Shown: positions 10,591 to 23,980 of the stretch, in pieces | Layout: every line of letters starts with the position of its first letter | How positions within the stretch are numbered: position 1 is the first letter of the stretch | Origin: Selaginella moellendorffii | Taxonomy: Eukaryota > Plantae > Lycopodiophyta | Reading direction: 5' to 3' | Length of the DNA stretch: 64,000 bases | Assembly (NCBI RefSeq): GCF_000143415.4 | Contig: NW_003314351.1 | Span: forward strand, 735,545 to 799,544 | Position numbers and translations under genes: made by a program | Notes under the pieces: generated by a model | The model's database searches: none | Told to the model about the DNA's origin: nothing | What the model saw: only the letters and a program-made list of their open reading frames with translations

Positions 10591-13500
10591 ATATATTTAA
10601 ATTATATAATTCTGAAAATATAAATCCAGACTGGTCATAATATAAAGAGATAAGCAAGTAAATTTTGACATAATACACATTAAATAAAAATAAAAACATA
10701 CAAGTGCTAAGTTTAGCTCTTTAAAACTATATATAATTGGTTCTTGTTAATGCAATGGCATTAAAACCAGCTTTCTCAGATTTTGAGCCACAATGTTTTA
10801 TCCTTCTAAACCTGGCAAGAAAGAAACCACACAGAAAAAACTAAACTTTCTACCAAAACAAGAGAAGAAAGTGATAGATAGATAGATGCACATGTTTAAG
10901 CATGGAACTGACTCGAAAGAGCTATGTAAAGAGATTTTGGAGCTAGAGTCCTATAAAAGCTAGGTTGGATCAGATGAAGGTGTATTTGCTCTATCTGTAG
11001 GAGTCTGCCTATTAGTGTGGCCTTTGGTGGATTGCCTAGAAAAGTGCATGTAGAAGTCTAGTTGTGGAAAGTTTAAATGCAGCCAAAAGCATATGGGACG
11101 TCTTCGACACTACATATTGAGACAGTACATTGAAAGTCACTATTAATGCCACACCACTGACTATGCCCACTGTGCTCGCTGGAAGTGTTCTTTGACATCC
11201 TGTACTTGGCAAGTGTTCTTCTAATTCATGGTGGAGTATAAAAGTGATAAAGCTTGTGCTTAATGTCATCTACATTCAAAAGAAACACATACACCACATA
11301 CAAATGAATAAATATGGCACATATATCACCATGTGTTATTCAGCAACACCAAGTTCACAATCCTGGCTGTCTCACGAAAGCAAAGCAAAAACTGCATATT
11401 AATTTCTTGAGATTTCTATCTTTCGCAATGTCATTTGAACTCTCTTTAGAAAATTCATATAAAGAATTTATTATGCTTAGAATCATAGCACTTCCCTTCT
11501 TTCCCACATACTTTCAGAAATACAAAATTTAGTCAAAGAAAATCCACCTATTTTAGTATGCTCTTGTCCAAGTCATAGGCTACAGTCTACAAAAATTATA
11601 ACCAACACAAAACTGTTTCTCCAAAGATAGATGTATGGGTCATGAGGGGCTTAAAGTCATCTATATAGTTAATATTGTTAAAAATATACATTTAGTGCAA
11701 TACGTATTGATAGAACAATACATATCTTTCTTATTAGAGTATAATATAAAATTTCTATCACTTTGTAAAGCAAGGATGCAACTGTTACCATAATTATGCT
11801 TACTTCCAACTCTCCATTTTAAATATTTTCTAGAGTATATAGACCAAAGATATCTAACCTTTACATATTTTACAAATCTAAATAACTTGATAACCACAAT
11901 ATATAAAAATGATTTTCATGTATTATCAATAATTAAAACTCTATTCTGAATATAATCACATTATAATGTTCATAAAAATATATGTACATTAACTTCTAGC
12001 TATATTATAAACTGAAAGTTTCAAATATAACTATGATTTAGTTTAATCTCCTAACTTTTCACAACATATAACATGCTCTAAAGAATTTGGATGACAAAAA
12101 TTTACAGTAGAATTATGTTTATAAAAAATTTGAATAATGATCATTAGTCTGGCTCTTGTTCCATGCTTTGGAGTGCTACACAATTGTAAGAATGTCTTGC
12201 AGGAGATGACATTGCCTAGAAAAATGGCCTAAGTGGTTGATGCTTTATTAGTATCACGACAGGCCACTCCATGTTGCACATTGTGAAGTACACATTCCAT
12301 CTCAGACACAACATCTCAATGATGATTGTGATCTTTTGCAGGTTCATTTTTCAGGGATTAGAGGGTTTGATTTTCTCATTCTTCTTAAGTCAAGAGCAAG
12401 TCAAATGAAATAGTAAAATGTAAACCTTTTAGAAATCATATTTAGTAAGAAACTAAGTTGTAAGTAAGGAGATAAATAAAAAGTTACATAAGGTTTAAAT
12501 TTTCAATAAGAATACATTCATAAGCATATTGAAAGCCAGTTAAAACTACAACTTGAACTTATGTTATAGTGCAAGAATTTGCATTTTGATAATGTGAAAG
12601 CTTTCCTCAAGTGACTCGTTGTCTGAAATCTGGAAGGACTCCTTTTTGCAGATTGCAAACCTCTTTTCTCACCAATATCTACTGGAAATTTAGAATCTGA
12701 GAACCACAACTGATTCTTGGTAGTGTTTTTGTAGAACTGTTCTCTTCCACAACTGCAGTCGACACTGCCTCCAAGCCATATCAAGTACTTGGAAGCTGCT
12801 TCTAGAAGCAGCATGACATGCTTCCCAAGATCCAGGGAGCTTATTTCTATTGGAGGAGACTCAAAGGTGCCTTATACCTGTGATGAAACATGTGTGATGA
12901 AATGATGAACATTAACCATATACCTTTCACAAAAAGAAGCACTTAGTGTACATCTGAACCATCATGTCTTACAACACTGTCAGCTCCAAACCTAGTGTAT
13001 CTCTTAAATCACCAGAAATCATCAGCTAGATCAGCACCAACATGACAGTGACTCCTGGAGACTTCCCCATCATCCCTTACATCTGCACATACTCTTGAAC
13101 CTGCTACTTCAACTAAGTTAATCTATCCAGTGGGATGTGTGGCATCATCACAATTGAGTTCTGTCCACTACACAGCCATAAACAAGTTCCTTCTACTCAA
13201 GCTTTCTCAAAAGTGGTGGTGCCTCCCGAGGATCTATGAACAATTGCTGTAGGACGCACTCAAAACCAGCAAAAGAAAACTTTGTCACAAAAAGACGAAT
13301 GCAAAGAAATAAAAACAGGAAAAGAAAAAAGGAGCATTTACCTTGTCAAGTGTTTTAGCAATGTTCAATTATAGACACCCTCGGCCTGTAGGGGTTACGA
13401 ACTTTCAAAGTCTCCTTTGATATAATTTCAAACTTGGTTCTCAGTGTCCACTCTACTGAGTTCATAAGAGAAATTGGTATCCTTTCTCCTCTTCTTGGCT

Positions 13501-15549
13501 CTTCTCAGGCAGTAGTTGGCATTCCTGATTCATAAACTTCACCTATAAAAACATGGGTGAAGCTATAAGTTTAAAACTTAGAACATACCAGTCAGGCCGT
13601 ATTTTAACAACAAATCCAGCAGACCAGTCAAAAGGCAAGATCCAACACTCCCAGTCTCATCTCTTCAAGCTCCAACCTTGTCACCAGGCTAGAAGTAACA
13701 CAACCACCATCCTCCTGGAATCCTGCCTTCTGCAGGAACAAGAACAAGAATCCCAAAGCTTCACATTTCACAGGTTTCTTTGTCTTTAGGAAAAAAAACA
13801 AAAACGTGCATACCAGTCTAGTAAACGATGCTGCTCCCTGATAACAGCTTGTGAATCTCCCCTCCTTCAGTAGCAAGATTAAGATAGCTCCCAGACAATA
13901 CTGGTTTCCAGATTAAAAAATGAATTATTGGACTCTTTTCTCTGTAAACAATGAGTCATTTTTGCACAATCACAAAGATGAAGAGAGCAAACTTCACCTC
14001 CTTCAACGGATTATAGTTGAAAAAGTAGTTCCATATTGGTCATAGAACATACACCGATGATGTATCGGCCATTGACAGCTGTTACCCTAAGAAAACCCAT
14101 TGACTTGATTCTACTTTCCTTGCAATTTGGCATTCATGAGTGAAGGAGGTCATCATTCTTGCAAGAACTGTTTTTTAATTGTTCCTTGGCCAAGCATTTC
14201 ACGTTCCACTTAATTGCAGAAATCATTTTTCCTTTGCTATATAGTAGATCCTAAAATGCTTGAAATTCCTGACCAAATCCAGCAAGAGCTGATTGATGGA
14301 TTGGATGACCGACAAGAGATCTCATCATTACAACACTGATTGTTTTCTGTCTTGCATGCTCCCAAAGCTTGCAAAGTCATCTTCAAATAAGTCCAGAACT
14401 TCGTTTTGGTCCAAAGCATTGACAAATCTGCAAAGAAAATGCTGTTAATGACCAGATAAATTCAATGGGCTTACCTTGGCTTTGATGAATCCAGAAAGGC
14501 ACACATGTAATCACTGTCAAGAATGATCTTTCTGTTCTCACCATTCAGCATTTGAGGCTGATATTGTACACAGTTATTTCGAGACACCTCTCTATGATCT
14601 ATCACTTTACCTTAGCAGCACATAAAGTCGAGATGCACGATGTCTGTCTCAAGTGATTGGAATTGACTGTATTCCAACGTTTTGTTCAGCCAAACACTTG
14701 CCATATGCTGGATCTTTGAAAGGACAGCATTCCATTTGGCCACTACTAAAAGTTTCTTGTGATGAAAAATTTTGGACATATAATTTGAAGTAATAACCAT
14801 GGCATCTCGGTCACTAAATGCTACTGCACCACCAATCCTTGTCCCTTACAACAATCTGCATAATATCCCATTAGCAGAAAAATCTATAAAAAGATTGCCA
14901 GTGACCATTTTCTTGGACGTGTGAACTTGCTCTTCTGCAATCTCTTTGTCACTACCAAGATCAATCCCTGGTTTTGGCTCTCTTTTTGTTACTTCAGGCT
15001 TTGGGGGTGGTTTCGGCTTCCGTGTCTATTCCTGCAGTTTCAAAAGGAAAGTGAAAACAAATCAACCAGACCAACCATCATTATAACCACATGCCTGGCT
15101 TTGCTAACAAAGTTCATGCTATCACCTTACTTGTCTTCATCGCTATAGTGGAGAAGTATTTATCCTGTATTATAGGTCTGCAAGCTGGGAATGTTCTTAT
15201 GTTTATGTGGAACTGTGGTTTAACAGGATGAAAATCCGAGATTGTGCCATGCATTTGGATGTCACCATGATGACATTCTTTGGGACCTTGGAAGTGTTGC
15301 CATGTCTGGCAGATATTTTGTCGATACTGATGAACTTGCACGTGTCATCTGTCATCTGTCATAAATAAATGTTATGCCCTTTGCCTCTCCATGTGATGTG
15401 GGGCAGAAGTATTAACATCTGCTATTCTTTTGAAACTTCCAAATTTCACGTTCTCAACATTCTCTTCCATAACTTAAAAAACCTAAAGAGAAAAACTTAA
15501 CTACCCTTAGTGTTTGTATATAAAACCACTAATATAAATATAAATATAA

Positions 15550-16506
15550 ATTCTGGGAAATATTGTGACAAATGATCAGAGGAAATAACATCCCCTTCAA
15601 CCAAAACATCAGAAATGTGAACTTCGCAATTTATTTTATTCTAACATACAGTTGCCATCATTGTCTCATAAACTAAACGTGTCCAGAAGCAATGTGATCC
15701 CAGAGCCAACCAACGCAGATCCTAGGCTCTGCCCTTGATGCTCATGGCAATCCCCTGCAACTGGAGAGAAAAGAGAAAAAACACAGTCAAAACTGGATCT
15801 TACAACTACAAAATAAAAAAGAGAAAAATGCTACCTGAACACTGGATTGGAGAGCTTGATCAACGAATTTTAGTGGTTGTTTCTCCATTTGAAGAAAGAG
15901 TTCCCCTGCAGGATAAAAGTCTATTGCTAAGCAAACATGAGTCGCAATCTGCAAAGAAAATCTCAATTTAGAAAGCAAGATGGTCCATCAATCCAAGAAT
16001 CTCTCTTTCAGCACATGCACAATGAACCTGTTCAAAAGATCAGTGCAAGTTTCAAGACAGAGATATCACCTTGTTTCTGCTTATTATGACGCTCTTATCC
16101 GTGCTCTTCATGGCAAAACACTGGCGGGAACCTTTCAACTCTACTAAATGTACACTCCATCACAAAAAGGCTTTTTAATCCCATATATAAGTAACAACTA
16201 TGAAAAAACTCACCTTCCTGTGTCACCAAAACCAAGAGATTTGACAGGCTGAAAATGGTGGAGTCAGTTTCTCGCCACTAGTTTGAATCTGCATTTAAAA
16301 CAAACAAGTAAACTGGAGAAGTCATCAGACTAAACATAATTTTATGAACCTTTCTAATGGCATCCCAAGAGTTTAGATAAACAACTTTAGAGTGTTTAGC
16401 CCAAAGGTCGTTGGGTGTCTGGACACGAATAAAAGAAACAAATCTCGAAGCATCCAGCATTAGACTCCCAAACAGCCCTCTGTTACTCACTCCTGCGCAA
16501 CAAGAC
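15550..16506 (-). repeat. ~950-bp segment duplicated in inverted orientation at 37376-38293; includes a phototropin-like kinase exon
   Basis: Near-identical reverse-complement match; shared peptide IATHVCLAIDFYPAGELFLQMEKQPLK. Confidence 0.9.
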
Positions 16507-17716
16507 AGACACACACCTACAGCTTACCTCCTGCATTTGCAAAAGCCCCATTGGAAATGGCAACAAGAAATGTGTCAAATAGCACAAGAGAACTATACAG
16601 CTAACTTCCAAAACACTCATTCATTCATATGTAGGCCTTTGATTTTCAGGTAAATCGGAAATAGATGTTTTGAAAAATGAGAGATGAAAACAAGAATAGA
16701 AACAAAGAAAGAAAGAAAAAAACAAACCAAGTTTTGAAAAGCTGTGTCTTTAAAGCTTCCACTCCTTTTAAAGAAATACACACTCAAATATATCAAAACA
16801 TTCTCCCAATTTTACAAAACACTTCNNNNNNNNNNNNNNNNNNNNNNNNNNNNNNNNNNNNNNNNNNNNNNNNNNNNNNNNNNNNNNNNNNNNNNNNNNN
16901 NNNNNNNNNNNNNNNNNNNNNNNNNNNNNNNNNNNNNNNNNNNNNNNNNNNNNNNNNNNNNNNNNNNNNNNNNNNNNNNNNNNNNNNNNNNNNNNNNNNN
17001 NNNNNNNNNNNNNNNNNNNNNNNNNNNNNNNNNNNNNNNNNNNNNNNNNNNNNNNNNNNNNNNNNNNNNNNNNNNNNNNNNNNNNNNNNNNNNNNNNNNN
17101 NNNNNNNNNNNNNNNNNNNNNNNNNNNNNNNNNNNNNNNNNNNNNNNNNNNNNNNNNNNNNNNNNNNNNNNNNNNNNNNNNNNNNNNNNNNNNNNNNNNN
17201 NNNNNNNNNNNNNNNNNNNNNNNNNNNNNNNNNNNNNNNNNNNNNNNNNNNNNNNNNNNNNNNNNNNNNNNNNNNNNNNNNNNNNNNNNNNNNNNNNNNN
17301 NNNNNNNNNNNNNNNNNNNNNNNNNNNNNNNNNTATCGGTATGACTCTGTAATCTTTTATCCCCAAGCGCAATGATTCTGCCCCAAATGAAGAAATGATT
17401 GTGGTAAAACTCTTTATTGTCAAAGGCTTTTCGAGAGTGTACCTAAATAGACATGTAGGCTAAGAAAAACTGTTTCGAATCATAGAAAAGAGGACTGCAC
17501 AATTAGGTTGCTTTCGCATTTGTCAAGAGGTAATTTTGTTTCTATGTTTCCCGAGCTTTGTTTTTCCCGGCTTTGTAATGTTGTTCTGCTCCAAAATATA
17601 GGGACCCCAAGCATCATATTAAGGAGCTGTGCCTCTACTTTGTTTCAGTGTGCTTCTATTTTCTTGTGGTTTGGCTATTAGTCTATTTACTTATTTTCAC
17701 CATCTAGAGCCTGCAC

Positions 17717-18190
17717 ATGCTGTCTAAGCTTCTATTTTCTAAAAGAGATTGTAAAATCTCCTACAGATCAATGGGTGGCAAAAGAAAGAGGAAAACATGT
17801 GATCTAATTTTACATGAAGGCTGTATAATAAAAAAAAGTTCAACAAGTTTGAATTCATCTCTATATATGAATAGAAGCATGGATGTAAGTGTGAGAAACC
17901 TGGTATCCTTTGAAGAACCCCCAACAATTCCAAGATTGATACCCATAGAAAAGACTTTTAGAAACACTTTTGAAATTATTACCCTACCTGTTAATGAAGT
18001 AAATCTTGGAAATGGAACTGAAAGCATGGAAAACACTAAACATTTAGGACTCTTGCAAAACAACATAGATGGTAAATGTAAAGTAGATTATATTGGACTC
18101 ATGGATAAACATTGTGACTATTGTAAAGCTTTTCTTTTTGCTTCAGAAACACAATCACAATGCTGTCATGGTGGACGTGTGTCTATATCT
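17717..18190 (+). pseudogene. Helitron Rep/helicase N-terminal zinc-finger fragment
   Basis: IGLMDKHCDYCKAFLFASETQSQCCHGGRVSI fits the Helitron CxxC...CC..G.V motif; truncated by LTR sequence. Confidence 0.75.
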
Positions 18191-19150
18191 TGTAAATATT
18201 GAGGGACCAAGCTCAATATCGGGGGGGGGGGGGGTTCTTAATACTTTTAAGTGCAAGCCAACATATGAGTTTTTCATACCAGGCTAAATATGCTCAACAA
18301 GAAATATATAAAAGTTCTTATTTTATGTTTATCCAGCATAAATACATACATTATGATTAGTTTCTCAACTAGTGTAAGTAATAAAAGAGAATGACTTAAG
18401 AAATGATCCAAGAGATCAAATATAGAGGGAAAACACACATGAATAAGAGTGCACCCCTTTTTCCAACTAGTTAAGGGTTTTTGGATACTTAGAGTTAAGT
18501 GTCTTTGGGTTTAAATGGTACTGAGCTAAGTGACCTCTTAAGAAGTCCAAATTCATAATCTTACAACATGGTATCAGGAGGGCTCTCAAGTTTGACACTG
18601 TTCATTGGCTAGGGGAATTGCAGCACATGTTATTTGACATTTAGCAAGTCCAATTTGCTCCAGATAGGCTTGACTAGAGGGGTAGGGTGTCAAGAAGGTA
18701 AGGCTCTCAACTTTTGTTCACGAAGCATAGCATGGTGGATTGTAAGCAACAAAAAAGAATAACTTGAGAGATAATCCATATGGTTAAATTATAAAGGAAA
18801 AGGGCATATGAATAAGGGTGCACCACTTTGTCCAATTGGTTAAAGGTTTTGGGATACTTGGGGTTAAGTGTCCTTGGGTTTGAATAGTATTGGGTTGGGT
18901 GACTTCCTAGGAAGTCCAAATTCAAGAGCTTACAACTAACTTGAGTGAATACTGATAAAGGATTTAGCAATACTGACCTTCTGCCATCATGTCCCGGGAA
19001 CTTCAAATTCAAAAGCTTACAACCAACTTAAGTAGAGACTGATAAAGGATCCAACAATATTGACCTCTTGCTATTGTGGCAGTAAAGAAAAAATATCTGA
19101 AAAGACTAGCTGATAAATAACTTTTGATACCCATAGTCATATTCGCAATA
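18190..19150 (-). mobile_element. Partial family C LTR, host of the TRIM
   Basis: Similar to about 31390-31692 (gagggaccaagctcaat..., gactgataaaggatccaacaat..., gtcatattcgcaa). Confidence 0.65.
18373..18934 (+). mobile_element. Complete Cassandra-like TRIM (5S-bearing LTRs)
   Basis: LTRs 18373-18565 and 18741-18934 (TGTAAG...CTTACA); PBS TGGTATCAG at 18569; 175-bp noncoding interior; TSD ACTAG/ACTAA; 5S-like segments at 18494-18548 and 18863-18917. Confidence 0.85.
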
Positions 19151-19189
19151 GCAAGTCAATAAATGATTTTCTCTAATCAGTGTAACAAA

Positions 19190-19367
19190 TTAAGATGTTA
19201 GTGGTACCTTTGGGTGTTAGAAGTGAGACTAGATACATGGAGTATTTGGACTAAGATAAGTAACATAAGGTAAATGAGGGTTTATAGAGGTTGTGAGTGA
19301 GACTCCTCCAAAAGGTCATAAGCATGGTTAAGTGACTAAAGTAGAATGGAAAATTTAGGCACTTACA
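19190..19367 (+). mobile_element. Decayed family B LTR end
   Basis: Reverse complement of about 23981-24190, ending ACTTACA. Confidence 0.7.
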
Positions 19368-20699
19368 TTTTTCTAATGGTGGTGTATGTGATTGAAAGTT
19401 GTTAGTGTCATAGCTTTTGTAGTTTGGATTTTGTAGTGGTGGTAAGTCTTGCTCTAAATGTTTTAAATCTTATTTTCTTAAGTCTTTAGTTTTTATCGTA
19501 TTCTTTTGGCTTAATTCTCCCACTTGTGTTTGATTTGTTTTCTCATAATTGTTGATGATGATTCAAAACCCCCCACAAGTCCAAGAAAAGCAAAAGGCAA
19601 TAAACAAAAGATTTAGATAAGAAGAAAGAAAGAGAAACCAAAGGATTGAAGAGATTAACTTTCTTCATTAGGCTACAATTGATAAAATTACCAATCTTCT
19701 TTGAAACCTTAAAGTGGGGGAAGTCTGGTATGTATTGATCATTCTTCTTCCTTCAAACTATTTCTGTGGTAGATTGGAGTATGGTGAAGCTGTAGTATTT
19801 ATAAAGGGTAGATTTGATGAGTTGAGCTTTAAAAACCTAGTTCCAGGTATATCTATATTTGTATTAATGTTTTAGATTTAAACACTTACAAGACAAGTAG
19901 CAAACATGCTTGCTTTATTTGGAATCCAGTTATTACTTTGCCCTTTGCTTTGAGATACACTTTTCAAATATTTGATATTAGAATATTGGATGAATTTTCA
20001 CCCTATTAGCAACTATAATTGATTAGCCACCTTAGTATGCTTTACCACATAATATGAACCAGCATATCTATGAGAAATTTTGCCAATTTCTTAAGGCACT
20101 AGCAATTAATGGCCAAGAGAAGATAACCATGGCAAGGTAAAAGAGATAGACAGAGGATGGATGAAAGCTTTGTGGATCATAGAGCTGTCAATGATCATGC
20201 TTGAACTACTTTACAATATGGCACTTGCACCTTATACACTTATATATGAGTCTCTCCTCCATAGAGATTTCACTATTAAATTCATTAAATTCTAGCCTTT
20301 TAAGAATTGTAGTGAGTCCTCAATTGTGAAACTCTCTTTGTTTCTTCTTTTTAGTTTCTACCATGTGGGTATAACCTTCCTCAATCACACTAGCCTTTGC
20401 TAACCAGATTCGTTCCTCTAGAGTCCTTATTATTTTGCTTGAAAATCATTCCAATTTTGTAAGCCATCGCAAACTAATGAAAGGGTTGGTGTTGACTTTG
20501 GTTGGGTTAGACCTTAGTAAGCAATTTGTATAAAGCAACTAATAAATGATGATTTATGGGGTTAAAGCAATTGAGTTAGAGTCTGGAGTTAACATAGAAA
20601 AGTAGCCATTGCACTTTTTTAAAAAGGTGACACTTGTGCCTTTCTTCTGTGGCCTTATGTTTAGTAGCAGATTGCACCTTGCATCTAGTTAAACTCTAT

Positions 20700-22810
20700 G
20701 AGAGTAGTGAGCTCTCATTGATCTTGACTTAGTTTTGGTTGACTTGTGCCTTGGATGAGGATGGTGATGTCTAACTTAGTTATTTGCGGTTAAGGTGTTA
20801 GTACTCATATTATAACTTTGTCAATTAGAAGGTTGTATACCTATATGACTTGATGATGAGAGTTTTGTGTTTGGGTCTTATGGAGATAAGTTAAAGAGGG
20901 ATTGTTAATTGCTTTGCAATTACTGATTTCCTGTAAAATTCATCAAGAACTCATAAAGTTCATCAACAATTTTGTTCACTCAATGATAATTTGGCAGTGA
21001 TGGATTTGCTTTGTGATTAGTGGATGCTTATAGACTTCATCAAGGACTATTGATCCTTGCTTACTCCCTAATAATTTAGCAATAATGGGCTTACTTTACC
21101 ATATGGTATTGCAAAGGATTGTATTGTTATCTTTGCATGGTTTTTCTATGTTAATAATGTTAACATTTTGATTCCATCTTTGACAGTATTGTTTAATTAC
21201 ATTTAGTCGGTAATGTTAGATTATATTGCATCTTGCAAATAGTGATTCACTCCTTAGTGATGTGTTATCTATAGCTAAGTGTTATTCAAGGATCAAATAC
21301 TAAATTTAATATCTTCAACTTTAGTTAGATTGGTTATTAGAGAGCTTTGAGTAGTGATTTGCTCTTATTTTCTTCTAGCTTTATTATGATATTGATGACA
21401 TTGAAGTGAGGCTCTAGCATTAACATTATTGAAATTGAGATTGAAGTAAGATGAAATATCTATCCATAGGATTGGATTGATATAAATTTCTTTAGTTTTG
21501 ATGTAGATAGTGTTAATGGTTTAGGTTGTAATCTGATATTATTAGCATTTGTGCATTTGTTAGTTTGCTATGCCATTGTAGGAGGATGTGAAGCTCCATT
21601 CCTATGAGCCCCCTTGTCAAAGGAATCAAAGAAATTCCTTACCATTTGGGAGAAATCAAAATCCAAAGGTAAAAAATATGTAAAATGATTAATAGGATGA
21701 CTGATGATCTTTCATGACAATTAGTTTTTCTCTTTGACTGTTGACTAGGATGTATTCATATTAGTTATTGCAATAGTTAGCATGAACAAATGTTTGTTGA
21801 CCCTTGCGACATTTATCATGTTCTATTGATTGTTACTCAAGTTGATTATGTTACATTAGGATATTTTTTCCTTTAGGTGATACATTTATAAATATTTTGC
21901 TTGTTAGTTAATAATACTTTGTGTTCTTTGAGTTGTCTTTTGTAAGTTGTTTAGCATGTTATCTACAATCTTTGGTAGTTCAACTTTATTATAAAGTTTA
22001 GGGTAATAAGTCTATGAGTCTATGGGTTTGGTTTATTTGCCCAATAGGGTTACGACCTTTGGCTTTTCTCTCTATATCACTTGCAAGTAAGGGCATTTTA
22101 TCTTTTGTAGGTTAGATGACATCTAAAGCAGCAAGGGTGGCTAACTCCATTGGTCATTTCCTTGTTGGTGATGGCCAAAAAGTGTTTGAGACGTAGCACA
22201 TTTACGATAGATAGAGAGGTTTCCCTTTACTTATTTAAGTTCATACATTTCTCACAAAGTATGAGCACCGTAAACATTTTCTAGAGTTGTTTCTTTGGCA
22301 ATAGTCTGGACTAGAGTATGCATTGACGAGTTCAATTTTCCTTAAGGGGGAGAGAATGCTGTGAATGTGATTGCAGGTATCAAAAGTTATCTATAGCAAA
22401 TTATTTCAAATATTCTTTCCTTACTAGCATAATGACAAGAGATTGGTATTACTAGTTCCTTTTTCAATCCCTCTTATTCAAGTGTTAGTAAATTTGATTT
22501 AACATTTGTACTTGGCCAGATGAGCATAAAAAAGGAATTCTTAAATGTCTATTTAGCCAAGTATATTTGGCCCAATTTGTTAATTCTCTTTTGTTTTGTC
22601 TTGCATTAGCTTGATAAAAACCCTTATAATATTAAGCTTGGTTCCTCAATACTTACTAGATGATAGTTTACCATGTCTGGCAAAACACTCTCGCTATCAT
22701 GCTCCATGTGTTATCCAAGTAGCTATTTATTGAAAGTGTCTAAATTTGCTAGTGAAGCATATCTATAGAATATAGAGATTTTTCTAAACATAATGGTGTT
22801 ATTCTTGCAT
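20700..22810 (+). mobile_element. Old family C element (noncoding interior, PPT, 3' LTR)
   Basis: Reverse-complement similarity to 31316-33900; PPT AAGGGGGAGAGAA at 22344-22356, LTR starting TG at 22357. Left boundary approximate. Confidence 0.65.
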
Positions 22811-22849
22811 TAAGATCTGCAATCTAACACCAATCTAACACCACAAAAT

Positions 22850-23246
22850 TGTGTTTGTAATGTCATCACATGATGAACACGAGATAAAGCATCTACCACT
22901 ACATTTGATTTTCTCAGACGATGCTCAATAAGAAAATCCCCAAACTCCATGAGTTTGACCATCCAACGAGCTTGCGTAGTGTTCAACTCCTTCTGTGTGA
23001 AAAGATACACAAGTGGTTTGTGATCTGTCAACACCACGAATACTGCACCATAAAGATAGTGCTGCCATATCCGCAAAGCATGAACAATAGAAAGTAACTC
23101 TTGCTCATATATGGAATAGCGTTGCTTCACAAAATTCAAAGTTTGACTCTCATATGCAATATGTTGTCCCTCTTGCATGAAAACTCCTCCTAATGCATAA
23201 CCACTCGCATCACATGTCACCTCATAAGGTTTTGATGGATTAGCAA
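22850..23246 (-). pseudogene. pol: Gypsy RT-RNase H fragment
   Basis: KPYEVTCDASGYALGGV..IAYES..YSIYEQELLSIVHAL..TDHKPL..QARW..NVVVDALSR. Confidence 0.9.
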
Positions 23247-23980
23247 TGCTATAGCGCACGTGGTTTTGACCCTTTATCCTATGGTGATTTACCATAAAAT
23301 ACCCTCTTTGTGCCACGTGTCCAAAGGACAATGGTGTGGAACCCAAGGTTCAGGGCCTTGGGTCACTAAACAAAGGAACGGTGCCAAACTCCCAAGCATG
23401 GAGCCAAGGAGCGACGGAACCAGACCACAGAGCAACTCCTGAGCATATAGCCCAAGGAGCGAAGGGACAGGAGCCCAGAGCGACTTGGAACAGTCCTAAA
23501 GCAACCAACATCCCAATGCCAGGACCAACACGCAAAACGGAGCCAAACGGAGCCAAACAGAGTTTGGCACTATTTCGGCATATCGGTGGCCTAATGCAAG
23601 GACATGGGTACTCCACCAACTAGCATGGTGTGGAACTTGGGCTTAAACCCAAGCCAGACCCAGAACAAGGACAAGCATGGAAGCGGGAGCTAAACTATAC
23701 CTCAGGTTAGTCAGCCATGCCCAACTTACCTGCTATCCCTACTATACATTTGGAACACCCCATAGCCCCCCTCCCCCCTTGAGGAACACACACTTTGGGC
23801 TTTTACCCTAAGCCTCCTTTAGTATCAGGAGTTAGTCTCTGGGACAAGCTCGAAACTTACTAAATATGGAATGGCATTAGATTGCGAATTTGGACACAGG
23901 ACAAACACCATTGTGTTCAAGCCAATCTCTACATTCCGTAAATATGCTAAATGAGCAAATCTGGACACTTTCCATAAATA

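Noticed and set aside
16677-17423. ORFs spanning X runs (also at the other gaps)
   Set aside because: Artefacts of N gaps.
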